Shown here: positions 36,107-45,359 of the stretch, piece after piece
Position numbering within the stretch: position 1 is the stretch's first letter
How the letters are laid out: the number at the start of each line of letters is the position of its first letter
Origin: a virus
Taxonomy: Duplodnaviria > Caudoviricetes
Reading direction: 5' to 3' (one strand)
Length of the DNA stretch: 54,410 nt
Virus record (IMG/VR): IMGVR_UViG_3300038824_000003
Coordinates: 1 to 54,410 of that record
Made by a program: the position numbers and the translations under genes
The notes under the pieces: generated by a model
What the model was told of the DNA's origin: nothing
Database searches by the model: none
Seen by the model: only the letters and a program-made list of their open reading frames with translations

Positions 36107-38020
36107 ATGGCTAAAGTATCCCCATTTCGGATTGACATCCTGGATGCTTCCGGCAATCTGCTGGGGCCAGGGCCGATAGTCACAGCCACGCAACTGAATG
36201 ACACCCGGCGGCTGGATAAGATTGGCGAAGCCTCATTCGTGATGCCTGCCGGTGACCCACGCACGGAGTATATCACCAGTGGGGTGCAGTTCGACATCTA
36301 CGATGAGGTCGATGGCTACCTGGGGCGCTTCCTCTTTAAGGATAAGCAAATCCAGGAGACCAAAGGGCAAGCGTTGCTGGTGGTCAATGCTTACGACCGG
36401 CTGCGGGAACTGAGCCGGGCGACGGTCGGATTCAGGCGGACGTACAATAACGAAGCGGTTGACAGCGTTATCGCTGACCTGATCGGCGTGCTGTCCGGCT
36501 GGGCGGTCGATGTTGAAGCGGGCATTGGCAATACCACCGTCAGCTATGAGGGCGAAAGCCCGCTGGTTGCAATTGATGAATTGCGCGACAGGTGGGGGCG
36601 GCATTACCGCCTACAGCCCCCTGCCCTGCTGGAATTCGGCGCATTTGGCGAGACTGCGCCGGTGCGCCTGACACGCCTGCGCGGGCAAATCCAGACCGCC
36701 ATCGCCCAGCACCCGGAAGTGGCGCTGGTCAACAGCATCTCGCTGGTCGAAGAGTCGGAAGAGATTTACAACTCGATTATCCCGCTGGGGTTTGGGCAGG
36801 GGGTCAGCCAGCTAACGATTGAGAATGCCACCCTGGGCACATACACGGTGCTGTCCGCACAGAACCAGGACGGCAGTTTCTACTATTATATTGAAGATAA
36901 TGCAAGCGTAGCAGCATACGGTAGGCGCGTGCGGGTACTGACCTTCCCGCAGATCAGGCCAATTACCAACAGCCCGGCTAACCTGGAAAATGCTGCCAAT
37001 GCGCTGAAGCTGACTGCTGAAGCGTATATCGGAAAGCACCTGGAACCGCGCATTGAATACAGCGTGGATGTGCGCGGGCTGCGGAAAGCGGTTAAGGTCG
37101 GTCAGAAAATCCGGCTGCAATACCGGGGGATGGTTGAAAACTACAAATACATCGATGTCGATCAGGACTTCTGGATCATGGACATCACTCGCAGCCGCAA
37201 CGCATCAACCGGGGATCGCACGGCCAGTATCTCGATTACCAATGTGGATGCCCGCCGGACGGCAGACAGCGATGTCGTACTGGGAGTCATTCACGATCTC
37301 CGCAGTTTGAAGGTGCATATCCCGGCAACGCTATCCTACTCCCCCATTGGGCCATATGTGAAGCGCATCAAAGGGGACGCGACCCCCGCCAATCGGGTGA
37401 ACCCGGAATTCAGCGTGCGGATTAAAGAGGAAGTGCTGCGGTTGAATTATGCCATCCTGCGCTTTGTAACGTCGCCATTAAAGAGCAGCGCGTCGGGGGC
37501 GGCCAGCGGCGGCGGCTCTACCGAGACCACCACATCGACGCCGCATGAGCACCTGATTTTGCGTAGCCAGGATGGGACGGCATTGCAGGGGCCACTGAAC
37601 ACCCGACGGTTTACCATCCTCGACCAGACCAGCGGGCTGTTGTATCACTTCGATGCACAGTCGGATGTGAGTGCAAGCGCACAGTTTTTCGAGACGCAGC
37701 CGGGCGGCAGCCACACGCACCAGGTCACAATCCCGCCGCATACGCACAACTTGAATTACGACATCTTCGCCGATACCGTGCATCCGCAGGGGATCGGGGT
37801 TGAGATCAACGGGGTTGATGTGACCGCGCAGTTGGGCGGCCCCTGGGCATCGAGCAATGCGGCGGTGGATGTCGAGGTGGACATCACCGACATTCTGCTG
37901 AATGCCACTGGCGGCTTCCAGCAGAACCATACCGTCACATTCTACGCGGCATCCGGTCGCGGGGAGATTCAGTTCGGCGTTGATATGCTGGTCACCATCC
38001 AGCCGATTGCAGTGACATAG
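36107..38020 (+). CDS. Tail hub/Tal-like baseplate protein
   Basis: Position after Dit; IYNSIIPLG, YG.R, VGQKIRL; H-x-H repeats near the C-terminus. Confidence 0.75.
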   Translation: MAKVSPFRIDILDASGNLLGPGPIVTATQLNDTRRLDKIGEASFVMPAGDPRTEYITSGVQFDIYDEVDGYLGRFLFKDKQIQETKGQALLVVNAYDRLRELSRATVGFRRTYNNEAVDSVIADLIGVLSGWAVDVEAGIGNTTVSYEGESPLVAIDELRDRWGRHYRLQPPALLEFGAFGETAPVRLTRLRGQIQTAIAQHPEVALVNSISLVEESEEIYNSIIPLGFGQGVSQLTIENATLGTYTVLSAQNQDGSFYYYIEDNASVAAYGRRVRVLTFPQIRPITNSPANLENAANALKLTAEAYIGKHLEPRIEYSVDVRGLRKAVKVGQKIRLQYRGMVENYKYIDVDQDFWIMDITRSRNASTGDRTASISITNVDARRTADSDVVLGVIHDLRSLKVHIPATLSYSPIGPYVKRIKGDATPANRVNPEFSVRIKEEVLRLNYAILRFVTSPLKSSASGAASGGGSTETTTSTPHEHLILRSQDGTALQGPLNTRRFTILDQTSGLLYHFDAQSDVSASAQFFETQPGGSHTHQVTIPPHTHNLNYDIFADTVHPQGIGVEINGVDVTAQLGGPWASSNAAVDVEVDITDILLNATGGFQQNHTVTFYAASGRGEIQFGVDMLVTIQPIAVT

Positions 38021-38027
38021 GAGGCAT

Positions 38028-39293
38028 ATGTCTACCAATTACCATACAGCCATCCCGTTCAATTCAGCAGCGAATAGCAGCACATTCAACGCGCCGCTGG
38101 GCGAACTGGATCAGGCGGTTACAGACATCCTGGATGGGACTGAACGCCTGCAAACGATCCAGGCAGACAAGATCGGGGTCTTCGACGAGCAAACGGTTGC
38201 GATCAGCGGCGGGGCAATCACCATCAGCAGCGATCAGAGCACCTACCGGATCACCAATAATGGTGATCTGGATACCATTAACGGGGGTGTGGGGGGGCAA
38301 ATACTGTACCTGCGCCCGGCGCTGGGTGCAGACATTACGATCAAGGCCAATGCCAGCGGGGGCAATATCTATTGCACGCCGTACATCGATGCATTTAGCA
38401 ATTTGCCGGATTATGACATCCGGCTGATTAACCAGTGGGCTGAAATCAAGCTGTTCCGCCCGCCGAGCACCTCGTACTGGATTGTGTTACAACCAGCTGG
38501 GCCGGAGATTATCACCGGGTTGGGGGATAGCCCCACGCTATCTGACAATCGGGTGCTGCCCAATCGCATCTGGACGCCGCGCCGGAGTCTGGTGACACCA
38601 GCGGAATATACAGAATTTGGCGACGGCGAATACAAGCTGGACATCATGACGCAGCCCACGCGGCGCGGGCATGCCATCATTCAGGGCAGCAACGCATCGC
38701 CGCTGGGGATTGGGGTCGCCAACCCATCGTTTTCTAATTCGCCAAGCAACGCCAACAATGCCGATGCGCCAATGGTGCGCTTCCCTACGACAGCCACCAG
38801 TGGCAATTATGCGGGGTTTCAAACCGGATTCAATCTGACGCGCCTCGATCATACCCCCTATTTCAGCGTGTTGCTGCGGATGGGAGCGGACATCACGAGT
38901 CTGCGCTTCTGGCTGGGGCTGGCGTCAACCAATCCCAGCAATGTTGATACCTTTGGGGTTGGCGTGGTCTTTATAGGCTTTCGCTACAGCACCGGCGTGC
39001 CGGATACTAACTGGCAGTTTGTGACTGCCGATGGCAGCGGCGTCGGGCAGGTAGAAGGCGACAGCGGCATTGCAGTAGTAGCAGAGCACACCTACCGCTT
39101 ATCGTTCTGGCGCGATGCGGGGGCAGTGTACATGGTGGAGGATTTGACAGCGGGTACTGCGGCAGCGGATGATAATCCCGGCAGTGCGGCCATTTCAGCG
39201 TCGCAGGATTTGGGCGTTGTCTTCCGACCCATCACGCTTACAAATGCCATTCGCAATGTGGACTTTGCCCGCTGCTACCTGGAGTTCGATTAG
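38028..39293 (+). CDS. Tail fibre / receptor-binding protein 1
   Basis: N-terminal anchor shared with the next gene; lectin-like beta-rich C-terminus. Confidence 0.7.
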   Translation: MSTNYHTAIPFNSAANSSTFNAPLGELDQAVTDILDGTERLQTIQADKIGVFDEQTVAISGGAITISSDQSTYRITNNGDLDTINGGVGGQILYLRPALGADITIKANASGGNIYCTPYIDAFSNLPDYDIRLINQWAEIKLFRPPSTSYWIVLQPAGPEIITGLGDSPTLSDNRVLPNRIWTPRRSLVTPAEYTEFGDGEYKLDIMTQPTRRGHAIIQGSNASPLGIGVANPSFSNSPSNANNADAPMVRFPTTATSGNYAGFQTGFNLTRLDHTPYFSVLLRMGADITSLRFWLGLASTNPSNVDTFGVGVVFIGFRYSTGVPDTNWQFVTADGSGVGQVEGDSGIAVVAEHTYRLSFWRDAGAVYMVEDLTAGTAAADDNPGSAAISASQDLGVVFRPITLTNAIRNVDFARCYLEFD

Positions 39294-40514
39294 ATGAGTA
39301 GTAATTACCATACCCCAATCGCATTCAAGGCGGCGCTGACGAGTGCCAATCTGAATACCCCGCTGGGGCAGTTGGATCAGGCCATCACCGACATTTTACC
39401 GGTGGGCGTCACGGATGAGCGCATTGCTCGATGGGATACCAGCACCGGCGGGCTGCAAGATTCGGCAATTGGGATTGATGACAGCGGGAACATAGCCGGA
39501 GATGGCTCGCTATACCTGGGATCGGGCAGCAAAAATGCGGCGGCGATTGCACAGTTTGACAGCACCGGCGCGGGGATTCTGTGGCCCCGGATGACGACCA
39601 CGCAGCGCAACGCGATCAGCACCCCGCCGGAAGGGCTGGTGATTTATAACACCACCTCCGGCCAGCATGAGTTTTACGACAGCAGTAGCTGGGTGGCAAT
39701 CGGCGGGCCGGGGGCGCTGACCCTGCCGGACTTCGGCGCGGGGGTGGTCAAGACGCTGGCGAGTGATGTTGCGACGGCAGGCAGTGATCGCCATCTGATT
39801 ATCGCCGCACAGTCCGGCACAAGCGACGACCTGATTGAAGTCAGCGGGCTGGATGTCGGTGATGAGTGCGTGATCCGGGCCGACAGCGGCGACACGATTA
39901 CGGTCAAGCATAATGCTGGCGGGGCGACGGACAAGATTATCCTGCCGGGGGGCGCCGATGTAGACATCTCCGGCAACGATACCATGAAGCTGATGAAGAT
40001 TGCTGCCGGGGCGGTGATCGCGTACAAGACCAGCGGGGGCAGCAGTAGCGGCGCATCCATTGCGACGCTGATGCACAAAGAGGCGCAAAACACCAACGGG
40101 GGTACAATCGCATCCGGGGCAAATACGCTACCCATCACAGACGAAACGTATGACCCGGATGGCATTGTCTCAATTGCTAGCAACCAGATGCTGCTTGCCA
40201 GTGGTAGTTATGCACTTTTTGCCTATCACTATATGAACAACAACAACTCAGGTGGCGATCAATATCTCTACCTGTACAACGCAACCGATGCGGTTGACAT
40301 TGATAATCAAGAGGGCGGTGTGCAAGTTCCGAATTCACAGAGTAGTCGTTTGGTGATTGGGTACTGGTATTTCACACTAGCGACGACAAAAAACATTGAA
40401 ATTCGCGCTTATTCAAGTGTGGCATGGGCCGATAGTCGCGGTTTGGGCACTGCTTTTAATATCGCCGGGCGTGAAGAAATTTACGGTAATTATGTGCTAT
40501 GGAAGGTTGCATAA
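39294..40514 (+). CDS. Tail fibre / receptor-binding protein 2
   Basis: Paralogous N-terminus; PRMTTTQRNAI.TP.EGLVIYNTT fibre motif; visibly AT-richer 3' end. Confidence 0.75.
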   Translation: MSSNYHTPIAFKAALTSANLNTPLGQLDQAITDILPVGVTDERIARWDTSTGGLQDSAIGIDDSGNIAGDGSLYLGSGSKNAAAIAQFDSTGAGILWPRMTTTQRNAISTPPEGLVIYNTTSGQHEFYDSSSWVAIGGPGALTLPDFGAGVVKTLASDVATAGSDRHLIIAAQSGTSDDLIEVSGLDVGDECVIRADSGDTITVKHNAGGATDKIILPGGADVDISGNDTMKLMKIAAGAVIAYKTSGGSSSGASIATLMHKEAQNTNGGTIASGANTLPITDETYDPDGIVSIASNQMLLASGSYALFAYHYMNNNNSGGDQYLYLYNATDAVDIDNQEGGVQVPNSQSSRLVIGYWYFTLATTKNIEIRAYSSVAWADSRGLGTAFNIAGREEIYGNYVLWKVA

Positions 40515-40997
40515 ATGGCACTGACAGCAGAGCAGTTTGAGTATGTCAAACGCTATTGGGGATTGTTTATCAATACAATCTACGCAGATCGCGATGACAT
40601 CCCCAACAATACTAATCGCGCTGCCAGCACCTATGCCGAGCTGCCGGTGAGCTATCCCACAGCGGCATTTGCTGATGTATACCCCCCCACTGAAGCGCAG
40701 GTCGAGGCGGTATATGACACGGTAATGGCACAGGTGCAGGCAGAACGGGACGCCATTGCCCAGCGTGGGATTGACCTGTCGCAGATCACCAGGCGCAATG
40801 TGGACAATGCATTGCAGATTATCGACACCGGCAGGCAGGCCAATGCGAACGACGTGGCGGCGCTGCCAACTGCTACCAACGCAGAGATCAAGGATATTGT
40901 TGGGCGTCTGCTGGCCCGCGAAGCTGAGCAATTCGTTTTATTACGCAAAATGGCACGGGTGCTGGCGGCACTCGTCGGGGATCAGGATCAGGAGTGA
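40515..40997 (+). CDS. Hypothetical protein (possible fibre chaperone)
   Basis: Abuts the fibre gene; P.PTEAQVEA motif. Confidence 0.6.
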   Translation: MALTAEQFEYVKRYWGLFINTIYADRDDIPNNTNRAASTYAELPVSYPTAAFADVYPPTEAQVEAVYDTVMAQVQAERDAIAQRGIDLSQITRRNVDNALQIIDTGRQANANDVAALPTATNAEIKDIVGRLLAREAEQFVLLRKMARVLAALVGDQDQE

Positions 40998-40999
40998 TT

Positions 41000-41242
41000 A
41001 TGCCAGAAAGTATGTCAAGGGAAGAACGCGAACAGGCGGCATTTGCCGCAATCCAGGCTATCTTGCAGCAGTACAACTGCCAACTGGCGGTTATCGCGCA
41101 GGATGTTTGCTACCCGGTGCAGACTGAACTGGGCACGACCTACGTCCAGGGCACACAGCCCACCATCTCCGTGCAGGCCCGGCAGACGCAAGCTGCCAAC
41201 AGCACGCTACCGGCAGCCTTAACCGCAACGCCTGAGCAGTGA
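41000..41242 (+). CDS. Hypothetical protein
   Basis: ATG at 41000 behind AGGAG. Confidence 0.6.
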   Translation: MPESMSREEREQAAFAAIQAILQQYNCQLAVIAQDVCYPVQTELGTTYVQGTQPTISVQARQTQAANSTLPAALTATPEQ

Positions 41243-42018
41243 CACAGCCACCTCCCCCACTCACGGAAGAACAACTGAATACAGCCATTCGCGCTGAGAT
41301 TGATGCGGCCATGACGCGGGTGCTGACGCGGGAGGAATTCGCCATTTACATGGAACAACTGCAACGAGACCACCAGCAAAGCGCCGAGCGCACCGATGTG
41401 GTTATGGCGCAACTGGGGGCAATGGCGGAAGCGGCCAACCGGCGCGAGCACCTGATGGTGCAGATGCAGTCCAGCTTCAGCCAGATGGTGACCAGCGTTG
41501 CACGCATGGAGGGGGTGCTGTCAACGTATCAGGACGACCGCCGGCAGGATCGGGGCCTGATCGACTCGCTCAACCGGGGGCTGGATGCGGTGCGTGGCAA
41601 TGTCAGCAACGCGCTGGCGATTGCCAACGAGAATCACGCAAAAATCGAAGGCGACCCGACCGAGCCGGATGTGCCCTCGGTTCGCTCCACACTGAAGGAC
41701 ATTAACGAAAGCCTCAAGGCCATCCGGCAGGAAGCGGAAGAGCGCGTGATTGCAGAACGTGACCGGGTCACCCGCAAGTTTGATGGGGTGGACAGCCAGA
41801 TCAGCGGGCTAACGGCGGATGTGGTGGTTATCCGCGAGTGGGTCGATAGCGAGATGAACCGGCGTGCTGCCCGGCGGGCGTTCTGGGCTGCACTGCCCAA
41901 ACAACTATTTGGCTTTTTTACAAATATTCCTTTGCGAGTCTGGTTATTTGTGCCAGGTGTGGGCGCGGCGATTGCCAGCGCCCTTAAATTTCTCGAAGTG
42001 TTATTCTCAGGAGGATGA
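41239..42018 (+). CDS. Coiled-coil protein with C-terminal membrane anchor (lysis region)
   Basis: Long heptad region, then hydrophobic VWLFVPGVGAAIASALKFL. Confidence 0.65.
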   Translation: MTQPPPPLTEEQLNTAIRAEIDAAMTRVLTREEFAIYMEQLQRDHQQSAERTDVVMAQLGAMAEAANRREHLMVQMQSSFSQMVTSVARMEGVLSTYQDDRRQDRGLIDSLNRGLDAVRGNVSNALAIANENHAKIEGDPTEPDVPSVRSTLKDINESLKAIRQEAEERVIAERDRVTRKFDGVDSQISGLTADVVVIREWVDSEMNRRAARRAFWAALPKQLFGFFTNIPLRVWLFVPGVGAAIASALKFLEVLFSGG

Positions 42019-42025
42019 GACAGTG

Positions 42026-42550
42026 ATGCGTATTGTGCAGGTAGTGGTAATCGTATTGGCTATGCTGCTGCTGGCGCTGCCAGTGGTCGCACAGGATGTG
42101 ACGCCGGAAACGACACCGGAAACCACGCCGGTGGTAACGGTTGCACCGACGACGGCCCCCACGATTGTCCCGGTTGATCCCGGCAATGGGGGCGGGGATG
42201 ACCGCGTGATTGTGATTGACCCCACTGAAGACAATGCCGGGGCGGTGATTGGGACATTAGAGCGTATCGGGCTGGTGGGTTTGCTGGTTGTCAGTTACTG
42301 GCTCATGTATCAATCCGTGCCCAAAGGGTTTTATGAAAAGCAGCAGGCAGAGATTGATCGCGCCCGTGATGAAGCCCGGCAGACCAAAGCGATCTTTGAT
42401 GACATCCTGGTCGAGTTACGCCAAACGGCACTTACACTGGCAAGGCTGCGCTTTCCTTCGGATGGTTCAGAGGGAGGTGCAACTACGCCTGGCACAGCGC
42501 CCTTTCGCCCCGGCAGCCAGAAAAGCTTTGAGCGGCCCGATGCCGAATAG
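42026..42550 (+). CDS. Membrane protein with signal peptide (holin-like position)
   Basis: MRIVQVVVIVLAMLLLALPVVAQ, Pro/Thr-rich linker, second TM segment; AGGAGG RBS. Confidence 0.65.
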   Translation: MRIVQVVVIVLAMLLLALPVVAQDVTPETTPETTPVVTVAPTTAPTIVPVDPGNGGGDDRVIVIDPTEDNAGAVIGTLERIGLVGLLVVSYWLMYQSVPKGFYEKQQAEIDRARDEARQTKAIFDDILVELRQTALTLARLRFPSDGSEGGATTPGTAPFRPGSQKSFERPDAE

Positions 42551-43955
42551 CAAGATTTCTACCGCCGGGTGGAATATCAACACCACGCATGGCAATCTGT
42601 ACGGGCCGTATGACGATCCGGCCCGTAATCGTGCGTGGCTGTTGGGCTGGCTGGAAAAGCTGCGGCCCGGCTTTGTATTGTGCCTGGGCGGGCTAGACCC
42701 CCGGCGCGGCAATGAGAACATCGTGATTGCTATCCGCGATACACTGGCGAAGTGGGGTGGCGTGGTCGCCTACCGGCATTACGAAAAAGCCGATGAAGCG
42801 GCGCTGTGGCTGAAGCGATCCCCACAGGAGCATATGGATTTCCTGCAACACGAGGTCTGTCATGGGATCAACCCGCACATCTGGCTGACCGTCGGTAACG
42901 AGCCAGTGACAGGCGATGATGAAGCCCACACACGCCGGATGTCGAAGTGGTATGCGGAGTTGATTCGCGAGGCCGACCGGCGTGGGCTGTGGATTGCAGC
43001 GCCCAACATTGGCGGGGCAGTGGTCACGACTGCCAGCATATACGGTGGCTGGTTTGACGAGATGCTGACCGAATTCGTAGTACGCCACAACAAGCGCGTG
43101 TATGTGGGTGCTGGACGGTGGGTCAGCCAGTTCATCTTTACCGGTCACGAATACGGCCCGGCAATCCTCTCGCAATCCGTTGATGGGGAGTGGATGGACG
43201 ATCACCGCTGGCGCGAGCATCTCCAGCCGGAAACCTGGAAAACGCCGGGTGAAGTCTACGATGACGACATGACCGACAACTGGCATCTGGGCACGCTGGT
43301 ACGCTTCTGGTCGCGGATGTATTCGCTGGCAGAACGCATGGGCATCCAGAATTATGGGCCGCCAGATGGGGCCTGTACGGAGTCCGGCTGGGATCGCATC
43401 CCCGATATGGAAAGGAACTTTCCGAAAGCGCAGCAACTGGTTGACAGCAAATGCGTGGGCGGGAAGCAGTATGGCGCTCCGACACTGTACCCCTATTGGG
43501 AGTGGGCGTTTGAGCAGCAGGGGTGGGACGGGGCACGGGCGCTGTGCGAGCAGCGCCTGTGGCGGCACGAACTGCGGAAACCGCTGGGATACTGGATTGG
43601 CGATGCTGATTTCCAGATTACCTGGCATACGCCCAACGATGAGCGGGATTGGTATCGTCTGTACAACCCCTTCACCTACACCGATGATTGGGCACAGCTC
43701 TGGGCTGACGAGTATGTACCCTACATCGAAGGGCATGGGCCGCGCCCGGATGCCGGGAAGCCGTATGAGCCACCGCAGCCGGAGCCTGATCCCCCACCGC
43801 AGCCGGAACCCCCTGCCCCACCACGTCATGATCCGTCGATCCTGGAATGGTGGCGGCAGATTGTGCAGTACAAAAAAGCGCTGGCTGCCAATGAGGTTGC
43901 GATGTATCAGGCAGAACTGGACGCCATTGACGAGAAGCTCGCCAATATGCAATAA
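42540..43955 (+). CDS. Clan GH-A-like glycoside hydrolase, candidate endolysin
   Basis: GNEP (acid/base), HEY and TESGW (nucleophile) in TIM-barrel order; Pro-rich linker; last gene of the late operon. Confidence 0.6.
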   Translation: MPNSKISTAGWNINTTHGNLYGPYDDPARNRAWLLGWLEKLRPGFVLCLGGLDPRRGNENIVIAIRDTLAKWGGVVAYRHYEKADEAALWLKRSPQEHMDFLQHEVCHGINPHIWLTVGNEPVTGDDEAHTRRMSKWYAELIREADRRGLWIAAPNIGGAVVTTASIYGGWFDEMLTEFVVRHNKRVYVGAGRWVSQFIFTGHEYGPAILSQSVDGEWMDDHRWREHLQPETWKTPGEVYDDDMTDNWHLGTLVRFWSRMYSLAERMGIQNYGPPDGACTESGWDRIPDMERNFPKAQQLVDSKCVGGKQYGAPTLYPYWEWAFEQQGWDGARALCEQRLWRHELRKPLGYWIGDADFQITWHTPNDERDWYRLYNPFTYTDDWAQLWADEYVPYIEGHGPRPDAGKPYEPPQPEPDPPPQPEPPAPPRHDPSILEWWRQIVQYKKALAANEVAMYQAELDAIDEKLANMQ

Positions 43956-43981
43956 CCGCAACGGTTGCGGATTTGAAGTGC

Positions 43982-44016
43982 AACGCCCCCCATCGTTAAT
44001 GTAGGGGGGCGTTTTT
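43982..44016 (+). terminator. Late operon terminator
   Basis: AACGCCCCCC...GGGGGGCGTT-TTT at the point where the two genome arms converge. Confidence 0.8.
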
Positions 44017-44149
44017 GATTCTGTCAGTGTTTTGTGCCGTGAGCGCGTGGTAGAGGGGGGTAGCTAAACCGGCATGCCACGCACTGTTTGCATTGTGCGG
44101 GGGTTATCCCCTAACTGCTACGTTCTTTCAGCTTGAGGCGGAAGATTAA

Positions 44150-44398
44150 TCAGGTGCGATTGTTCAGTTTCCGCACCATCCCGCGATAGGGTTCGAGTTC
44201 CGCGTCTGTCATGCTGTAATACGATAGCTCGGTGAAGGTAACGTCGTTGAGGTCGCAGCCGGGCGTGCGGCATGTGAGTATCAAGTACGCCAGGCGTCCG
44301 AGCCGGGCCGCCTGGCGTGGGCTGCATTCTTGCGCGGCGGCGTCGAGTGGCTGGCCGAAGACGCGGCAGTAGTGGGTCTTATGTGTGGGAACGGTCAT
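44150..44398 (-). CDS. Hypothetical Cys-containing protein
   Basis: AAGGA RBS; CRVF...CRTPGC. Confidence 0.65.
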   Translation of the reverse strand: MTVPTHKTHYCRVFGQPLDAAAQECSPRQAARLGRLAYLILTCRTPGCDLNDVTFTELSYYSMTDAELEPYRGMVRKLNNRT

Positions 44399-44412
44399 GA
44401 TGTGTTATCCTT

Positions 44413-44516
44413 TTGTCAGGTTAGGTTAGGTGCTTTGCACTTAGCTTTCGCATGGGAAGGTGTTCGCGCACCTTCCCATGTTTCGTATTGGCCCGGCGCA
44501 GATATGCCGGGCTGGT
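44413..44516. repeat. 104-bp structured repeat, copy 1
   Basis: Identical to 44942-45045; three tandem hairpins. Confidence 0.95.
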
Positions 44517-44524
44517 AAGGTTGA

Positions 44525-44908
44525 TTACTTGGATTTGTCTTTCAGCTTGAGGTAGAACACGCTATCTTTCCAGCGCGTGTTTTCCAGTGCCGCCAGCACG
44601 TCGCTGATGCTGACCTTGCTGCGATTGATTGCGTGCTTAACATCTGCAATCAAGTCTTGGCCGTCACCGTCGAAGTCCAGGAATGCGCTGTCCCATTCCT
44701 GCTGCGTGGGCAGGACGTATTGCATGTCCCGCGCCACGAGATACATCACGTAATCCGAGCGGCTGAGAGCGCCGCGTTCGGTGTCCAGTTGTTCCAGTTC
44801 GTCCGGCGTCAATCGCAAGTTGACGCGTTCAGTCCGCCCGCCCTTGTGTGGCGTGATCGTTTCGACCGGCTTTTCAACCGTTTCGATTTCGATTTTGTAG
44901 GTGTTCAT
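44525..44908 (-). CDS. Ribbon-helix-helix DNA-binding protein
   Basis: RTERVNLRLTPDELEQLD..RGALSRSDYV; AAGGAG RBS. Confidence 0.75.
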   Translation of the reverse strand: MNTYKIEIETVEKPVETITPHKGGRTERVNLRLTPDELEQLDTERGALSRSDYVMYLVARDMQYVLPTQQEWDSAFLDFDGDGQDLIADVKHAINRSKVSISDVLAALENTRWKDSVFYLKLKDKSK

Positions 44909-44941
44909 TTCATGCTCCTTATTTGACTTTGTATATACAGA
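44903..44941. repeat. 39-bp leader/RBS repeat (second copy at 45292-45330)
   Basis: GTTCATTTCATGCTCCTT(A/G)TTTGACTTTGTATATACAGA, one mismatch; contains the RBS and ATG of both ORFs. Confidence 0.9.
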
Positions 44942-45045
44942 TTGTCAGGTTAGGTTAGGTGCTTTGCACTTAGCTTTCGCATGGGAAGGTGTTCGCGCAC
45001 CTTCCCATGTTTCGTATTGGCCCGGCGCAGATATGCCGGGCTGGT
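44942..45045. repeat. 104-bp structured repeat, copy 2
   Basis: Identical to 44413-44516. Confidence 0.95.
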
Positions 45046-45075
45046 GTGATTAGGCGTTTGCGTTGGTTGGTTGGT

Positions 45076-45297
45076 CTAGCGGTTGTGCGCCATTGCGAAT
45101 TGCTCAGTAATCCAGTCGTGCGCTGCTTGCGCTTCTGCGATTTTCGCCGGGTCTAACAGGCTGTTACGTTGTGGGATTGCAATCCCGCGTGTGTCGTTAA
45201 AGTTTACTGGTGTAAAAGTCTTTGTTTTCGGGTTGAACACTCTTACGCTGTATTCTTCTTCCCATGTTTCTGCGACTTTGCTAAATTGCTGGTTCAT
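45076..45297 (-). CDS. Small hypothetical early protein
   Basis: ATG at 45297 behind AAGGAG; first gene after a strong promoter. Confidence 0.7.
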   Translation of the reverse strand: MNQQFSKVAETWEEEYSVRVFNPKTKTFTPVNFNDTRGIAIPQRNSLLDPAKIAEAQAAHDWITEQFAMAHNR

Positions 45298-45311
45298 TTC
45301 ATGCTCCTTGT

Positions 45312-45359
45312 TTGACTTTGTATATACAGAGTATAGCATGGTTGTATACACAAAGTCAA
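45312..45359 (-). promoter_or_regulatory. Promoter overlapped by a 17-bp inverted-repeat operator
   Basis: TTGACT-18-TATACT with extended TG (45359-45330). Arms 45312-45328 and 45343-45359 match 16/17. Confidence 0.75.

Noticed and set aside
38028-40514. Diversity-generating retroelement or invertible tail-fibre switch
   Set aside because: No reverse transcriptase or invertase, and I saw no template/variable repeat pair or inverted crossover sites.
42693-44004. Long overlapping ORFs 42693..43961 (-) and 43354..44004 (+)
   Set aside because: Shadow frames of the hydrolase gene in GC-rich DNA, with no motifs or RBS. The same applies to antisense ORFs over parA, portal and TMP.
44413-45045. 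CRISPR array or self-cleaving ribozyme
   Set aside because: Only two 104-bp copies separated by a whole gene, with no cas genes. No hammerhead CTGATGA core on either strand despite CGAAA motifs.
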